Source: Thermoproteota archaeon (lineage in GTDB: Archaea; Asgardarchaeota; Jordiarchaeia; Jordiarchaeales; Freyrarchaeaceae). From it: a DNA stretch of 62,400 nucleotides. How positions within the stretch are numbered: position 1 is the stretch's first letter; the number at the start of each line of letters is the position of its first letter. Both the position numbers and the translations under genes were made by a program. The DNA lies in NCBI GenBank assembly GCA_029258835.1, contig JAPDJY010000037.1:1-62400 (forward strand). Reading direction: 5' to 3'. This document shows positions 39,780-50,020 of the stretch, piece after piece. Under the pieces are notes generated by a model. That model searched no databases, was not told the DNA's origin, and saw only the letters and a list, made by a program, of their open reading frames with translations.

Positions 39780-40602
39780 CCTTAACACCTGCAAGTTTTT
39801 CTTTAGCTCCCGATGAATCCCTCCTAAACAATCCAAACTCATCCAATACCCGCCTCAACATTTTACTATCAAATACAGGCCCATCCTTACACACAAGGTA
39901 TGAGCCTAAACTGCAACTTCCACATATGCCAAAACCACACTTCACGTACCTCTCCAAGGATGCCTGAACACCCACTCCGACCTCTTCGGCTACAAGGAAA
40001 ACCTTTGCCATCATCCCTTCGGGGCCACACACGTAAACCTGATCGTAATCCCCCCTTTTGATGATCCTTTCAGCCACGTCACCGGCCGTACCCTTCTCCC
40101 CAACGCTTCCATCCTCGGTCACTAGGGTTAACTCGTCCGCTAGACGCTTGAACACGTTGGTGAAAATCAGCTCTTTACCTGTTTTAGCCCCAACTACGAC
40201 ATGAACCATTAACCCCTCTCCCACAGCATCCTCCACTAAGGGGCGTAACGGGGCAACCCCTATACCTCCTCCAACGACAAGAATGGACTTCCCTTCAAGC
40301 CTGAAGCCTCTCCCCAAGGGACCCCTAACACCTATGATATCTCCCTTCTTTAAGTTGGAAAGGGCTGAAGTAGCCTCCCCCACTATTTTAAAGGTGAACC
40401 CTGCCGGGTTTCTGTGGGAGACGCTCATTGGAACCTCATCCACCCCCGGGATCCATACCATAACAAACTGTCCTGGAGTAGACGCTGAGGCCAGCTCGTC
40501 CTCGAAGAAGATCGTCTTAACGGAGGAAGCCTCTGCTTTTACCTCTTCAACCCTCCTAATCCTAGGCTTCTGAACAGTCAGGTCATCCATGTGCAAGCCC
40601 AA
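39772..40602 (-). CDS. pyrK: Dihydroorotate dehydrogenase electron transfer subunit
   Basis: PGQFVMVW, RGPLGRGF, GGGIG, CGFGICGSC, CKDGPVF. Confidence 0.95.
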   Translation of the reverse strand: MGLHMDDLTVQKPRIRRVEEVKAEASSVKTIFFEDELASASTPGQFVMVWIPGVDEVPMSVSHRNPAGFTFKIVGEATSALSNLKKGDIIGVRGPLGRGFRLEGKSILVVGGGIGVAPLRPLVEDAVGEGLMVHVVVGAKTGKELIFTNVFKRLADELTLVTEDGSVGEKGTAGDVAERIIKRGDYDQVYVCGPEGMMAKVFLVAEEVGVGVQASLERYVKCGFGICGSCSLGSYLVCKDGPVFDSKMLRRVLDEFGLFRRDSSGAKEKLAGVKDG

Positions 40603-41485
40603 CTACCTCCCTAACGCTTTTGAACCCCTTCCTTTCAAGGTACTCTTTAACCCCGGTAACTATCTCCTTAAAAACGCCTAGCCCCTTAACGAGCGCGGTA
40701 GCCACCTGAACAGCAGACGCCCCTGCCAGCAAGTGCTCCACAGCATCCCTCCACCCCATGATCCCCCCAACGCCTACCACGGGAACCTTTAATGCCTCGT
40801 AGAGCTCGTAAACGCAGCGTATGGCTATTGGCTTTATAGCGGCTCCGGAAAGCCCCCCAAACCTGTTGGACAGAACGGGGCGTAGAGCGTCCACATCTAT
40901 AACCATTGCCTTAACCGTGTTTATCGCAGTCACCCCGTCAACTCCCGCCTCCTCGGCAGCCTTCCCCACCTCAACTATGTCCGTCACGTTAGGGGTGAGT
41001 TTAACGAAGACGGGTACGCCAACACGGCGCTTCACAGCTCTAACTACCTCTCTGACAAGGCGTGGATTCTGCCCTATTACCCCCACCTCTGCGTGAGGGC
41101 ATGAAACGTTAAGCTCGAGAGCGTCTGCTCCCGCCTCCTCGGCATAGCCAGCTACGTAAGCAAACTCCTCCGGGCTCCCCCCGAAAACGCTAACTATAAT
41201 AGGGACCCCTCCCTTCTTAGCCGCTTTAATTTCCTCGGCGAACTCTTCTATGCCCGGATTCGGCAGCCCCATGCAGTTAACGTAGCTTCCATGTGAAGCC
41301 TGCACTATCGTAGGGTTGGCATATCCGCTGTTTCTAGCTGGACCAACAGATTTTGTCACGACCGCTCCTGCCCCGGCCTCAGCGACCCTCACTAAGAGCT
41401 TCCCAGTTACCCCTAAAACGCCTGATGCGAGCATGACAGGGTTCCTCAACTTAAGACCACTAACCTCTACGCTGACATCTACCAT
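40583..41485 (-). CDS. pyrD: Dihydroorotate dehydrogenase family 1B catalytic subunit
   Basis: NPVMLASG, TKS, ELNVSCPH, KLTPN, GGLSGAAIKPIA. Confidence 0.96.
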   Translation of the reverse strand: MVDVSVEVSGLKLRNPVMLASGVLGVTGKLLVRVAEAGAGAVVTKSVGPARNSGYANPTIVQASHGSYVNCMGLPNPGIEEFAEEIKAAKKGGVPIIVSVFGGSPEEFAYVAGYAEEAGADALELNVSCPHAEVGVIGQNPRLVREVVRAVKRRVGVPVFVKLTPNVTDIVEVGKAAEEAGVDGVTAINTVKAMVIDVDALRPVLSNRFGGLSGAAIKPIAIRCVYELYEALKVPVVGVGGIMGWRDAVEHLLAGASAVQVATALVKGLGVFKEIVTGVKEYLERKGFKSVREVVGLAHG

Positions 41486-41787
41486 GACCTTTATCCCTCT
41501 CGAACTTGGAAACGGGCCGTCCACCTTACGATCAGCGTACACCTAGCCGTTTATAAGCTTCGTATTCCAAGAGTATTTCCCATGAAAGTATAAGGGTGAG
41601 CATTTTTCCTCTTTAAGTCATGGTGCCTGAGAGGCTAACTGAGGATTAACTATAAAAAAGTGTACCTCGTTTAAGTAGGGAAGTCAAAAGGAAGCAATGC
41701 TGCTTACTTTATGCTTCGTCGAGAATCGTGGATTAAGAGAAGGCTTTTTAAACGTTTTAAGTTTGTTTTAGGGTTGAGGGGTGCGTT

Positions 41788-42987
41788 TTGAACGTTCACC
41801 TTACCGCCTGCGTTTTTGGGGTATTTGCACTCGACGACTCCGGGAACATGCTAAGCTTTTCAACCTTCCCAATGGATCCTGAAGTCGTAGCAGACCGCAT
41901 GTTTGCCCTTCAAAGTGGAAAGCTGATTCCCGAGCTAGAATCCCTCGTTAAAACCTTCAAGAGCGGCTGCATCTTTATTGTTGAGGATAGATGGGTGGCT
42001 GAATCCCTAAGGAACAGCATCGGGGTTGAGGTTAAGGTTCAGAGGCCCGACGGCGTAGCCCGCCTTTTCAGATCTAGGCTTTTAAGGTATGTCGAGGGTG
42101 CCGGCCTCTTCGTCTCCGAAGAGGAGCTCAAAGAGTTCACCTATAAAGTTTCATCGATCCTAGCACGTAAAATCGTCAGGGAAGCTGGAAGCAGACGGGA
42201 TGAACTCCTAATTCAGGCAGTTTATTGTCTTGACGATGTTGAAGAGGTGTTGAACCTTTTCTCCATAAGGGTTCGAGAATGGTACAGCCTAAACTTTCCA
42301 GAGCTTACACGTGTAATCTCATCTCATCCTTCCTTCATAAAAATAGTATGTGAGGTGGGCCCTAGAGAAAAAGTGTTTAGGGGGGTTCTCGAGGAGAGGC
42401 TCGGCTTCCAGCCGGAACTGGTAGAAAGCATAGTTAGCGAGGCTAGAAGATCTATGGGCGCCCCTATCCTAGATGAAGACTTTAAACCTCTAAGGGACTT
42501 CGCCTCGATAACCATGATGCTTTACGAGTTTAGGGATTCCCTAAGATCCTACATCTCCAAGGTGATGGAGGAGATAGCTCCCAACCTCACATCCATAATA
42601 GGCCCCTTAGTGGGGGCGAGGCTGATTTACTTGGCAGGAGGCTTGGAGAAGCTTGCTAGGCTTCCAGCCTCAAAGATACAGGTTTTAGGGGCTGAGAAAG
42701 CTCTCTTCCGAAGCTTAGCTAAGGGCACTCCCCCTCCAAAGCACGGGGTTATATTCAGGCATCCCGAGGTCAGCGGCGCTCCATGGTGGCAGAGGGGGAA
42801 GATCGCTCGGGTGCTGGCTAACAAGATAGCAGTAGCCGTCCGCGCCGATGTTTACACCGGAAACTACATAGGCGACGCCTTACAAAGTGATCTTGAGAAA
42901 AAAATTAAGGAGATAAAGGAGAAGTTTCCAGCCCCCCCTGCCGAAAAGCCGCGACGCCCCCCTAGAAAGGCTAGGAAGAGGCGGTAA
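41788..42987 (+). CDS. nop5: Box C/D sRNP core protein Nop5 (Nop56/58)
   Basis: REWYSLNFPEL, APNL, QVLGAEKALFR, PKHGVIF, RGKIAR. Confidence 0.96.
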   Translation: MNVHLTACVFGVFALDDSGNMLSFSTFPMDPEVVADRMFALQSGKLIPELESLVKTFKSGCIFIVEDRWVAESLRNSIGVEVKVQRPDGVARLFRSRLLRYVEGAGLFVSEEELKEFTYKVSSILARKIVREAGSRRDELLIQAVYCLDDVEEVLNLFSIRVREWYSLNFPELTRVISSHPSFIKIVCEVGPREKVFRGVLEERLGFQPELVESIVSEARRSMGAPILDEDFKPLRDFASITMMLYEFRDSLRSYISKVMEEIAPNLTSIIGPLVGARLIYLAGGLEKLARLPASKIQVLGAEKALFRSLAKGTPPPKHGVIFRHPEVSGAPWWQRGKIARVLANKIAVAVRADVYTGNYIGDALQSDLEKKIKEIKEKFPAPPAEKPRRPPRKARKRR

Positions 42988-42989
42988 AC

Positions 42990-43691
42990 GTGTCCGAGAG
43001 AAAGCCCCCTGTAGTGAAGCCTCACGAATCGTACAACGACGTGTATATCGCCCACTTAAGGGGTAGACGGCGCCTTGCAACCAAGAACATTTCCCCCGGC
43101 TTCAAGGTTTACGGAGAGGAACTCGTAGAGTATAAGGGTGAGGAGTACAGATTATGGGATCCTAACAGGAGCAAGCTGGCAGCAGCCCTCCTAAAAAACC
43201 TGAAAAGGCTGCCTATTAAGCAGGGCAGTAGGGTGCTTTACCTTGGCGCCGCGACGGGGACAACCTCAAGCCACGTAGCGGACATAGTTGGAAGAAAGGG
43301 TGTTGTTTTCTGCGTTGAGTTTGCACCGAGGGCTATGAGGGAGCTGGTAATGGTTTGCGAACGTAAGGGTAACATGATTCCGGTGCTTGGCGACGCACGC
43401 TTTCCAGAAAGATACTCGATGATGGTTGACGAAGTTGACACTATATACTGCGACGTGGCTCAGCCAGAGCAAGCTAAACTCCTAGCGGATAACGCCGACA
43501 TGTTCCTTAAGAGGGGGGGATGGATCCTTCTAGCCATAAAAGCAAGGAGTATAGATGTAACGAAGAAACCATCCGAAGTCTACAGGATGGAGATATCCGT
43601 GCTTGAAGGCAGGGGGTTTAACGTGGTTCAAACCTTAAACTTAGACCCGTTTGACAAAGCTCACTCCATGGTTCTTGCAAAGTACGCGTAA
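42990..43691 (+). CDS. flpA: Fibrillarin rRNA/tRNA 2'-O-methyltransferase
   Basis: VYGE, WDPNRSKLAA, VLYLGAATGTT, DVAQPEQ. Confidence 0.97.
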   Translation: MSERKPPVVKPHESYNDVYIAHLRGRRRLATKNISPGFKVYGEELVEYKGEEYRLWDPNRSKLAAALLKNLKRLPIKQGSRVLYLGAATGTTSSHVADIVGRKGVVFCVEFAPRAMRELVMVCERKGNMIPVLGDARFPERYSMMVDEVDTIYCDVAQPEQAKLLADNADMFLKRGGWILLAIKARSIDVTKKPSEVYRMEISVLEGRGFNVVQTLNLDPFDKAHSMVLAKYA

Positions 43692-43708
43692 GAGGTGGCA
43701 TCTAAGAA

Positions 43709-44155
43709 ATGGCTTTTGAACGTTTCTTCAAGGCGCTTTGGAAATCAGAGCTTCAGAAACTCAACGACCACCTTCCAAGGGAGTATAAGACCTTATCCCA
43801 GCTTTTAAAAGAGAATGACCCGGCTGTTCCAACGGTGGGTGGCGACTTAATATTCCTAGATAAGGCAGACTTGGAAACCATGGCAAGTCTGGTTCCGGAG
43901 AAGTACCACGGTAGGCTTCGCCTTCCCCTAGTTTTCATCCGGAGAATAGACATGGGGGAGGGAGTCTACACCGTAAGTGGAGGCCTAGTAGAGCAGTTGA
44001 CGGTGTCTTCTCTCCTAAACGATAAGGAAGGGTTCATAGAGGACTACGAGAAAGCCGTAAAGTACGTCTACAGACCTCAACTCTGGTACTTAAAGAAGAG
44101 GGTTCGAAGCCTTATCGTAGTCGGCTTCTTCATGCCTAAAATTGAAGCCCCATGA
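43709..44155 (+). CDS. DUF61 (UPF0216) family protein
   Basis: LNDHLP...TLSQLLKE, LRLPL, YRPQ; usual neighbour of fibrillarin. Confidence 0.75.
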   Translation: MAFERFFKALWKSELQKLNDHLPREYKTLSQLLKENDPAVPTVGGDLIFLDKADLETMASLVPEKYHGRLRLPLVFIRRIDMGEGVYTVSGGLVEQLTVSSLLNDKEGFIEDYEKAVKYVYRPQLWYLKKRVRSLIVVGFFMPKIEAP

Positions 44156-44162
44156 CATTCAG

Positions 44163-45062
44163 CTACCTTCCAAACCTCCTCTCTCTTCTCTGATACGTTC
44201 TCACAGCGCGGAGCAAGTCAATCTTCCTTATTTCAGGCCAGTAAACATCGCAGAAGTAGAGCTCAGAGTAGGCTGACTGCCACAGCAGAAACCCGGACAG
44301 CCTTTCCTCCCCCGACGTCCTTATTATGAGATCCGGGTCAGGCATCCCCGCCGTATAAAGATGCTGTTCTATTAACCTCTCATCTATGTCTTCCACCCTC
44401 AACTCGCCGTCGGCTATCTTCTGAGCTATCTTCCTTACAGCGTCAACTATTTCAGCCCTTCCACCATATCCTATTGCAACGTTAAGGAAGTACCTGTCGT
44501 AGTCCTTCGTCGCCTCCTCCGCCCTTCTTATAGCTTCCCGCACCCTTTCAGGTAGAATATCGGTTCTCCCTATCGCCTTAACCCTAACCTTATACTTATG
44601 TATCTTCTTGTTCTCTAAAACCTCATAGAATTTCTCTTCAGCAAGCTTCATTATCTCTTTAACCTCTCTCGGTGAACGGTTAAAGTTCTCAGTTGAAAAA
44701 GCATATAGCGTGACAACCTTCACCCCAATCTCCCAGCACCACTCTAAAAACTCGTTAACCTTTGCAGCGCCAAGCTTATGCCCCATCCAAGTGTTCATCC
44801 CGCGAGAACGCGCATACCTCCTATTACCATCCAATATTACAGCAAGGTGGGTTGGCTTATCCCCATACTTAATCTGCCGCATCAATGCCTTCTCGTAAAG
44901 GTAATAAACCGGTATTAAAAGCCTGTTAATTAGTGGGAGACCCAGCACGGGCACGTCCTTCCACATCTGGAGGAAAACCCTAGGCGTTTTTCCACCATCC
45001 TTATTCTTCCTCATAAAAATCCCCAAAACTAGTTTGTCGCATTTTCCTATCCCTTCACTCAA
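44163..45062 (-). CDS. uppS: cis-prenyltransferase (undecaprenyl diphosphate synthase)
   Basis: ILDGNRR, YAFSTENF, YGGRAEI, IRTSGEERLSGFLLWQ; true start likely downstream of 45062. Confidence 0.95.
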   Translation of the reverse strand: MSEGIGKCDKLVLGIFMRKNKDGGKTPRVFLQMWKDVPVLGLPLINRLLIPVYYLYEKALMRQIKYGDKPTHLAVILDGNRRYARSRGMNTWMGHKLGAAKVNEFLEWCWEIGVKVVTLYAFSTENFNRSPREVKEIMKLAEEKFYEVLENKKIHKYKVRVKAIGRTDILPERVREAIRRAEEATKDYDRYFLNVAIGYGGRAEIVDAVRKIAQKIADGELRVEDIDERLIEQHLYTAGMPDPDLIIRTSGEERLSGFLLWQSAYSELYFCDVYWPEIRKIDLLRAVRTYQRRERRFGR

Positions 45063-45167
45063 AAATAAACTTTTTTAAGCGGTCGATTTTTCCGGGAGCT
45101 TAGGGGGTAGGTGGGTAGAAACTTTTAAATATAGCGAAGTATAACTTTTTGTAGCGGAGTGTAGTAT

Positions 45168-45806
45168 ATGGGTGAGAGGCTGTTACCACCTAGGGAAGCT
45201 TGTAGAAGGCTTGGGATTCACTTTGTCACTTTGAAGAGGTGGATTTATTCTGGTAAGATTAGGGCTGTTAAGACTCCTACTGGCAGATGGATGATACCGG
45301 AAAGCGAGATAGAGAGGATAATAGGCGGAGGAGAAGGAGTTAAGGAGGTTAGAGCTGTTATCTATGCTCGTGTGAGCTCTAGTGATCAGAAGAGTGATTT
45401 AGAGAGACAGGTCCAGTACCTTACCCAGTATTGTACTGTTAAAGGCTATAGAGTAGTTGTTATCCTAAGCGATGTAGCTAGTGGACTTAAGGCTAATCGT
45501 AGAGGATTACAAAAGCTCTTCAACTACGTGGTAAACAAGCAAGTAGACGTAGTAGTTATCGCCTACGAGGATAGACTTACCCGTTTTGGTTTTGAGTATC
45601 TAGAGTACTTCTTTAAGCAGTACGGTGTCAGAATAGAAGTTGTCTACGGCGAGGAACCTAAAGAAGCTTACCAAGAGTTTGCAGAGGATTTACTAGCGAT
45701 AGTTACCAGTTTTGCTGGTAGGCTCTATGGTATGAAGAGTCGTAAGAAGAGACGCTTGGTTCGAGGTTTTAAGCAGTTACTGGAGGAGGTTGAGGAGAGT
45801 GGCTAG
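45168..45806 (+). CDS. tnpA: IS607 transposase TnpA (MerR-like HTH plus serine recombinase)
   Basis: HTH, YARVSS, DVASG, DRLTRFGF, IVTSFAGRLYG. Confidence 0.95.
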   Translation: MGERLLPPREACRRLGIHFVTLKRWIYSGKIRAVKTPTGRWMIPESEIERIIGGGEGVKEVRAVIYARVSSSDQKSDLERQVQYLTQYCTVKGYRVVVILSDVASGLKANRRGLQKLFNYVVNKQVDVVVIAYEDRLTRFGFEYLEYFFKQYGVRIEVVYGEEPKEAYQEFAEDLLAIVTSFAGRLYGMKSRKKRRLVRGFKQLLEEVEESG

Positions 45807-47100
45807 GGTGGCGAGAACGGTCATTGTTAGGAGCGTTAGGTTGCCAAGGAAGGTGTTTAGGGTTTTCGTTGAGCTTGAAGGTATGTACCGCAACATGGTT
45901 GAACAACTAGTACTCTACGCCGTGAGGAGCAACGTTAATAGCTTCACTAGGCTCAAAGCGCTCAAGTACCGTGAAATGAAGAGTATTTACCTGCAATCAC
46001 CCAGCCACTATGTTTATACTGCTTGTCAAGACGCTGGTGCTAGGGCTAAGAGCTTCCTAAGACTGAAAAAGCTAGGACTAGCTGAGAGGTATTACCCGGA
46101 GGTTAGGAGAATTAGTGTCTGGCTTGACGACCACCTATGGAAGCCGAACGGGTACACTTCAATAAAGGTAGCTACCCATGAGGGACGGATAGGGGTGGAG
46201 TTTGAGCCTTACAGGCAGTACTGGAAATACATTAACAGGGGGTGGAAACTAGCTGGTGAAGCCAGGATTAAGCTTGATAAGAAGAATAGGCAACTCATAG
46301 TCTACTTCACTCTCGTTAAGTGGGTTGAGGAGCGTAAGCCTAGAGGTTACCTGCCTGTAGATGTAAACGAAAACAATGTTACAATGCTCGCTGACGGCGT
46401 TGCATCCCTCTTTGAAACCGGTACCGAGAAGCTCGTCCTCGGCTATTACTACCATAGGAAGAGGGTGCAGGAGAGGTATGATAAGCTATACGGTAAGAAG
46501 TCAAGGGTTAAGAGGAAAGTTTTAAGGAAACTTAAGGAGAAAAGGAAGAAACATAATATCAAGTGGAAGATAGCGAATCTAATTGTTAGAGCTGCCTACG
46601 AGAAGCGGTACGCTGTTGTCCTTGAGAAGCTGGGTAGGAAACCAGCTAGCAACATGATTAAGAGGGTAAAAGATAAGCAACTACGGCACAGAATCTTCCA
46701 AGCATCACTCAAAGGCATCTAGGAAGCAGTAAAGGAGAAGGCTAAGGAGTACGATGTACCAGTAATCCACGTTAATCCAAGGAACACCTCAAAACTATGT
46801 CCAGTACATAACATACCGATAAGTTACGGTAGTTCAAGAACAGGTAAATGTTCTAGAGGAGGAGAACTATGGCGTCGAGACGTTGCCGCCTGCTGGAACC
46901 TCCTCCTTAAAGCCCTACGGGGTGATGGGAGCCGCGCTCCAAGCCCCATAGGGCCTAGATCTATACTAGATGGGAGCCGCATTCCGTTCGGCTCGACAGC
47001 CACCCATGACCCCATAGGGATACCCAAGTCCCTATGGGCGAGGTGGAAGTCCACACCGCAGATACAATATGCTACAAATCCAAACAGAATGAAGCGGTAG
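45790..47100 (+). pseudogene. tnpB: TnpB RNA-guided nuclease interrupted by in-frame TAG at 46720-46722
   Basis: RuvC D (VDVN), E (VLEKL); the frame continues after TAG through VNPRNTSKLCP and RDVAACWNL to TAG at 47100. Confidence 0.88.
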
Positions 47101-47177
47101 GGACAAACGGCTGTTAATCGAAAAATGATAAAAACATCCTTTGCGAAGGTTTCTACCGGTTGCTTTAAGGTTTACAG

Positions 47178-47819
47178 GTGGGCCTATTGAGTTGGGAAAA
47201 GCGGAAGTTAAACCTTGCTGAGGAAGTATGCGAGCTAATACAATCTATTTCAGCTTTAAAGTTCGGCTTTTTCACACTGACTTCCGGTAAGAAATCTCCA
47301 ATATACATAGACTTAAGAGTTATCCCATCATACCCTGAAGTATTTGAAAGAATAACCGAAATTTACCTAGAAATAATAAAAAACGAAGTCGGCTCCTTCG
47401 ACAAGGTGGCAGGAGTCCCGACAGCGGGCCTTCCCATAGCAACCTTGGTAAGTTATAAGTTGAAGGCACCCATGATCTACGTGAGAAAATCGGCTAAGGC
47501 CCATGGAACAAGAAGCATGGTTGAAGGCGTGCTAAATCTAGATGACCGCGTCCTCATAGTAGACGATTTGGTAACTACCGGATCAAGCATCGCAGAAACT
47601 GCTAAAGCCGTGCGCCTCAGCGGAGGAATAGTGGAGCATGCCGTAGTGTTAATAGACAGAGAGCAGGGAGGAATCGAAAACCTCTTAAAGGAAGGCATCA
47701 GACTCCATTCACTTCTAAACATAACTTTCCTTCTAGAGACACTTCACCGGAAAAATCTCATAAGCACCATGGATTACCACCGCGCAATGAAATACCTTTC
47801 CACAGAGAAAGCCTCGTGA
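47178..47819 (+). CDS. pyrE: Orotate phosphoribosyltransferase
   Basis: FTLTSGKKSPIYIDLR, VDDLVTTGSS, DREQGG. Confidence 0.96.
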   Translation: MGLLSWEKRKLNLAEEVCELIQSISALKFGFFTLTSGKKSPIYIDLRVIPSYPEVFERITEIYLEIIKNEVGSFDKVAGVPTAGLPIATLVSYKLKAPMIYVRKSAKAHGTRSMVEGVLNLDDRVLIVDDLVTTGSSIAETAKAVRLSGGIVEHAVVLIDREQGGIENLLKEGIRLHSLLNITFLLETLHRKNLISTMDYHRAMKYLSTEKAS

Positions 47820-48047
47820 CAAAATGGACGCCTTCTTCAAAAGAAAAAGGGCCACAGATATGCGGCCATGTGAGAAATGCTGGAAATGAATATGGTAAAA
47901 ACTATCGCTGCTCCCAAACAGCATTGCTCATCTTTGTTTTTAACTTACAACTAAGGGTTTTGAGAAAATCTTTATATTTCTTTAAGACAGAAAAAGAACT
48001 AAGAGTTACTATTGCAGGATTTTAACCTTTCTGGAGAGTGCATTAAA

Positions 48048-49130
48048 ATGCCTCTTGGGATGATCGTGGTGCGTTGGGATAATAGGTTAGGCGCCGTTTT
48101 GGAGGCAAGGTATCCTCCTCAGCTCAGGGTTACGGAAGATCAAATTATGAAAATTTACACTGCTCATGCTATGTCAATTGGCGAGGCGCCTGCGGGCTTC
48201 CTCTCGCTCAAGGTTGGAGACCTTAATGTTGCCTCATACTATGGGGGATGGGACATCAACTATTACGTGGCACTTCTTCTAACACCGGAGGAGGACGCTG
48301 ACGCTTATGAGGATGGTCTTGCCGAGGTCGCCGCAGCAATTTTCTCTAAGCTTGAAGATGAAGCTTATAAAGACGAGCTTGAAGAGCTCTTCAATAAACT
48401 TACTCGCTTCCCAACCCTTACCGAGGAGCAGAAGATGGCGGTCGTCCTCTCCGACCCCCTCAGAAAAGCCCTGCTTGAAAGGTTAATAGAAGAAGGCAGT
48501 TCAACCCTCTCAGACCTTGAAGTCTGGTTAAAACATAAGTTTAATTTGAAATCCGTTGAGCTCCACTCTCTGCTCACCCCCCTTGTTAAGAACGGCCTCG
48601 CCACTCTTAGATGGGTGGAGGGGCTGCCAAGTCAGTGCGCCTTCCTGCTACGGGACGTTTTTATATCCCGTGTTCCAGCAAGAGCCATTGTTAGAAAGGC
48701 GCAGGCTGGGGAATGGGGTCCTGAAGCATCCTCAGAGTACCTTGACGAGGTTAAAAGCTTTTTCAGGGATTACGTCATATCTCCCGAGGACGTGGAAGTC
48801 ATAACCAAAGTTTTTGCTGACCCCGACATGTATGATGTTCTAGTCGCTCTTAGGGAGGACGTTTACACTAGGGATGAGCTCGTCGAGCGCCTCGGCAAGA
48901 AGAAGTCTGAAATCAACCGTATCGTGAAGTTCCTGCGTGAAAACAACTTTGTAATGGAGTTAAAGATAGAGGGTAAGAAGTGCCTCACGCTTAAAACGGA
49001 CGCGAAGATCATGACTTTCTTCCCAGAGTACATGGTTGACCAGATTGCAGTTCAGTACAATGAGCAGATTAAACCTCCTAGGATGCTCCTCTGGCACCTT
49101 AAAGCCCTACGAGACAGCTACCCCATGTGA
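48048..49130 (+). CDS. uDENN/longin-like N-terminal domain plus winged-helix repeats (C9orf72/NPRL2-like architecture)
   Basis: N-terminal IVVRWDNRLGAVLEARYP; two wHTH-like segments (DPLRKALLERL..GS; ELVERLG...INRIVKFL). Confidence 0.55.
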   Translation: MPLGMIVVRWDNRLGAVLEARYPPQLRVTEDQIMKIYTAHAMSIGEAPAGFLSLKVGDLNVASYYGGWDINYYVALLLTPEEDADAYEDGLAEVAAAIFSKLEDEAYKDELEELFNKLTRFPTLTEEQKMAVVLSDPLRKALLERLIEEGSSTLSDLEVWLKHKFNLKSVELHSLLTPLVKNGLATLRWVEGLPSQCAFLLRDVFISRVPARAIVRKAQAGEWGPEASSEYLDEVKSFFRDYVISPEDVEVITKVFADPDMYDVLVALREDVYTRDELVERLGKKKSEINRIVKFLRENNFVMELKIEGKKCLTLKTDAKIMTFFPEYMVDQIAVQYNEQIKPPRMLLWHLKALRDSYPM

Positions 49131-49159
49131 TAGAAATCCCTGAGGTGGTTGGGTAAGCC

Positions 49160-50008
49160 GTGATCCGGAACGTTGAAATTCTGGATTCAAATGGTCGGTT
49201 GATGTTCCAGAAAATATATGGTGCTAGTGGCATTCCCGAAGAAGTTTTCGACGACTTCATCGCTAACCTTGCAAAGGTCGTTTCGAAAATCCACCTTGAT
49301 GGATATGTTGAGTATATGAACCTCCGGAGGACTCGCCTTTACTACAGTAACGTTAACACTACGGTTTTTATCTTTGAAGCAGATAAAAATGATGACACAA
49401 ACGAAATGAAGCTGAAAATGAGGAACCTAAGCAGCCAGTTCGTGAACGACTATGCAGACACGATAGAGAAGTGGGATGGCGACCTATCCGTCTTCACAGG
49501 CTTTAATGATAAAGTAGACGAGATCACCACAACTCTTCTAAAACTTTCACTAGTAGGGTTTAGTGGGGTTGGAAAGACAACAATCCTTAAGCTAATCAGA
49601 GAAGAGGAACTACCTAGAGAACACATACCAACAATAGGAGTAGGAATAAAAGGAGTAAAGGGCGCCATGATAGGTAACACACAACTTGTATGCTGGGATC
49701 TGGCTGGTCAGGAACGTTTCAAAATGACATGGGATAAATTCATTAAAGCATCCTCGCTAATAATCATAGTTACAGATTCAACTTTGGAGAACGCTGTCAA
49801 GTCACGCTTCTTCGTGAGACTTGTAAGGGAGGAAGAACCAGAAGCAAACATTGTAGCCTTAGCCAATAAGCAAGATCTCCCAGGATCTCTACCCCCAGAG
49901 AAGGTGGAGGAGATTCTTGGGGTTAAAACATATGGTTTTGTGGCGATAGACCCTATGAATAGGTCAAAGTTCTTTGAAATAATTAGGGAAGCCGTTATGG
50001 GGTTGTAA
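49160..50008 (+). CDS. Longin-domain/Arf-like small GTPase fusion
   Basis: N-terminal longin (MIRNVEILDSNGRLMFQKIY); GFSGVGKTT, PTIG, WDLAGQ, ANKQD. Confidence 0.85.
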   Translation: MIRNVEILDSNGRLMFQKIYGASGIPEEVFDDFIANLAKVVSKIHLDGYVEYMNLRRTRLYYSNVNTTVFIFEADKNDDTNEMKLKMRNLSSQFVNDYADTIEKWDGDLSVFTGFNDKVDEITTTLLKLSLVGFSGVGKTTILKLIREEELPREHIPTIGVGIKGVKGAMIGNTQLVCWDLAGQERFKMTWDKFIKASSLIIIVTDSTLENAVKSRFFVRLVREEEPEANIVALANKQDLPGSLPPEKVEEILGVKTYGFVAIDPMNRSKFFEIIREAVMGL

Positions 50009-50020
50009 GGAGGAGAGATT

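Larger units (their letters stand above)
45100..47110 (+). mobile_element. IS607-family insertion sequence
   Basis: Serine-recombinase tnpA overlapping tnpB, inserted between uppS and pyrE; ends approximate. Confidence 0.88.

Noticed and set aside
46720-46722. In-frame TAG in tnpB as pyrrolysine recoding
   Set aside because: TAG ends several ordinary genes here (e.g. 7174, 14034, 27543), no pyl genes are in the window, and a CAG-to-TAG mutation is simpler.
47816-48025. 69-aa ORF after pyrE
   Set aside because: No motifs, and it runs across the likely TATA promoter of the next operon.
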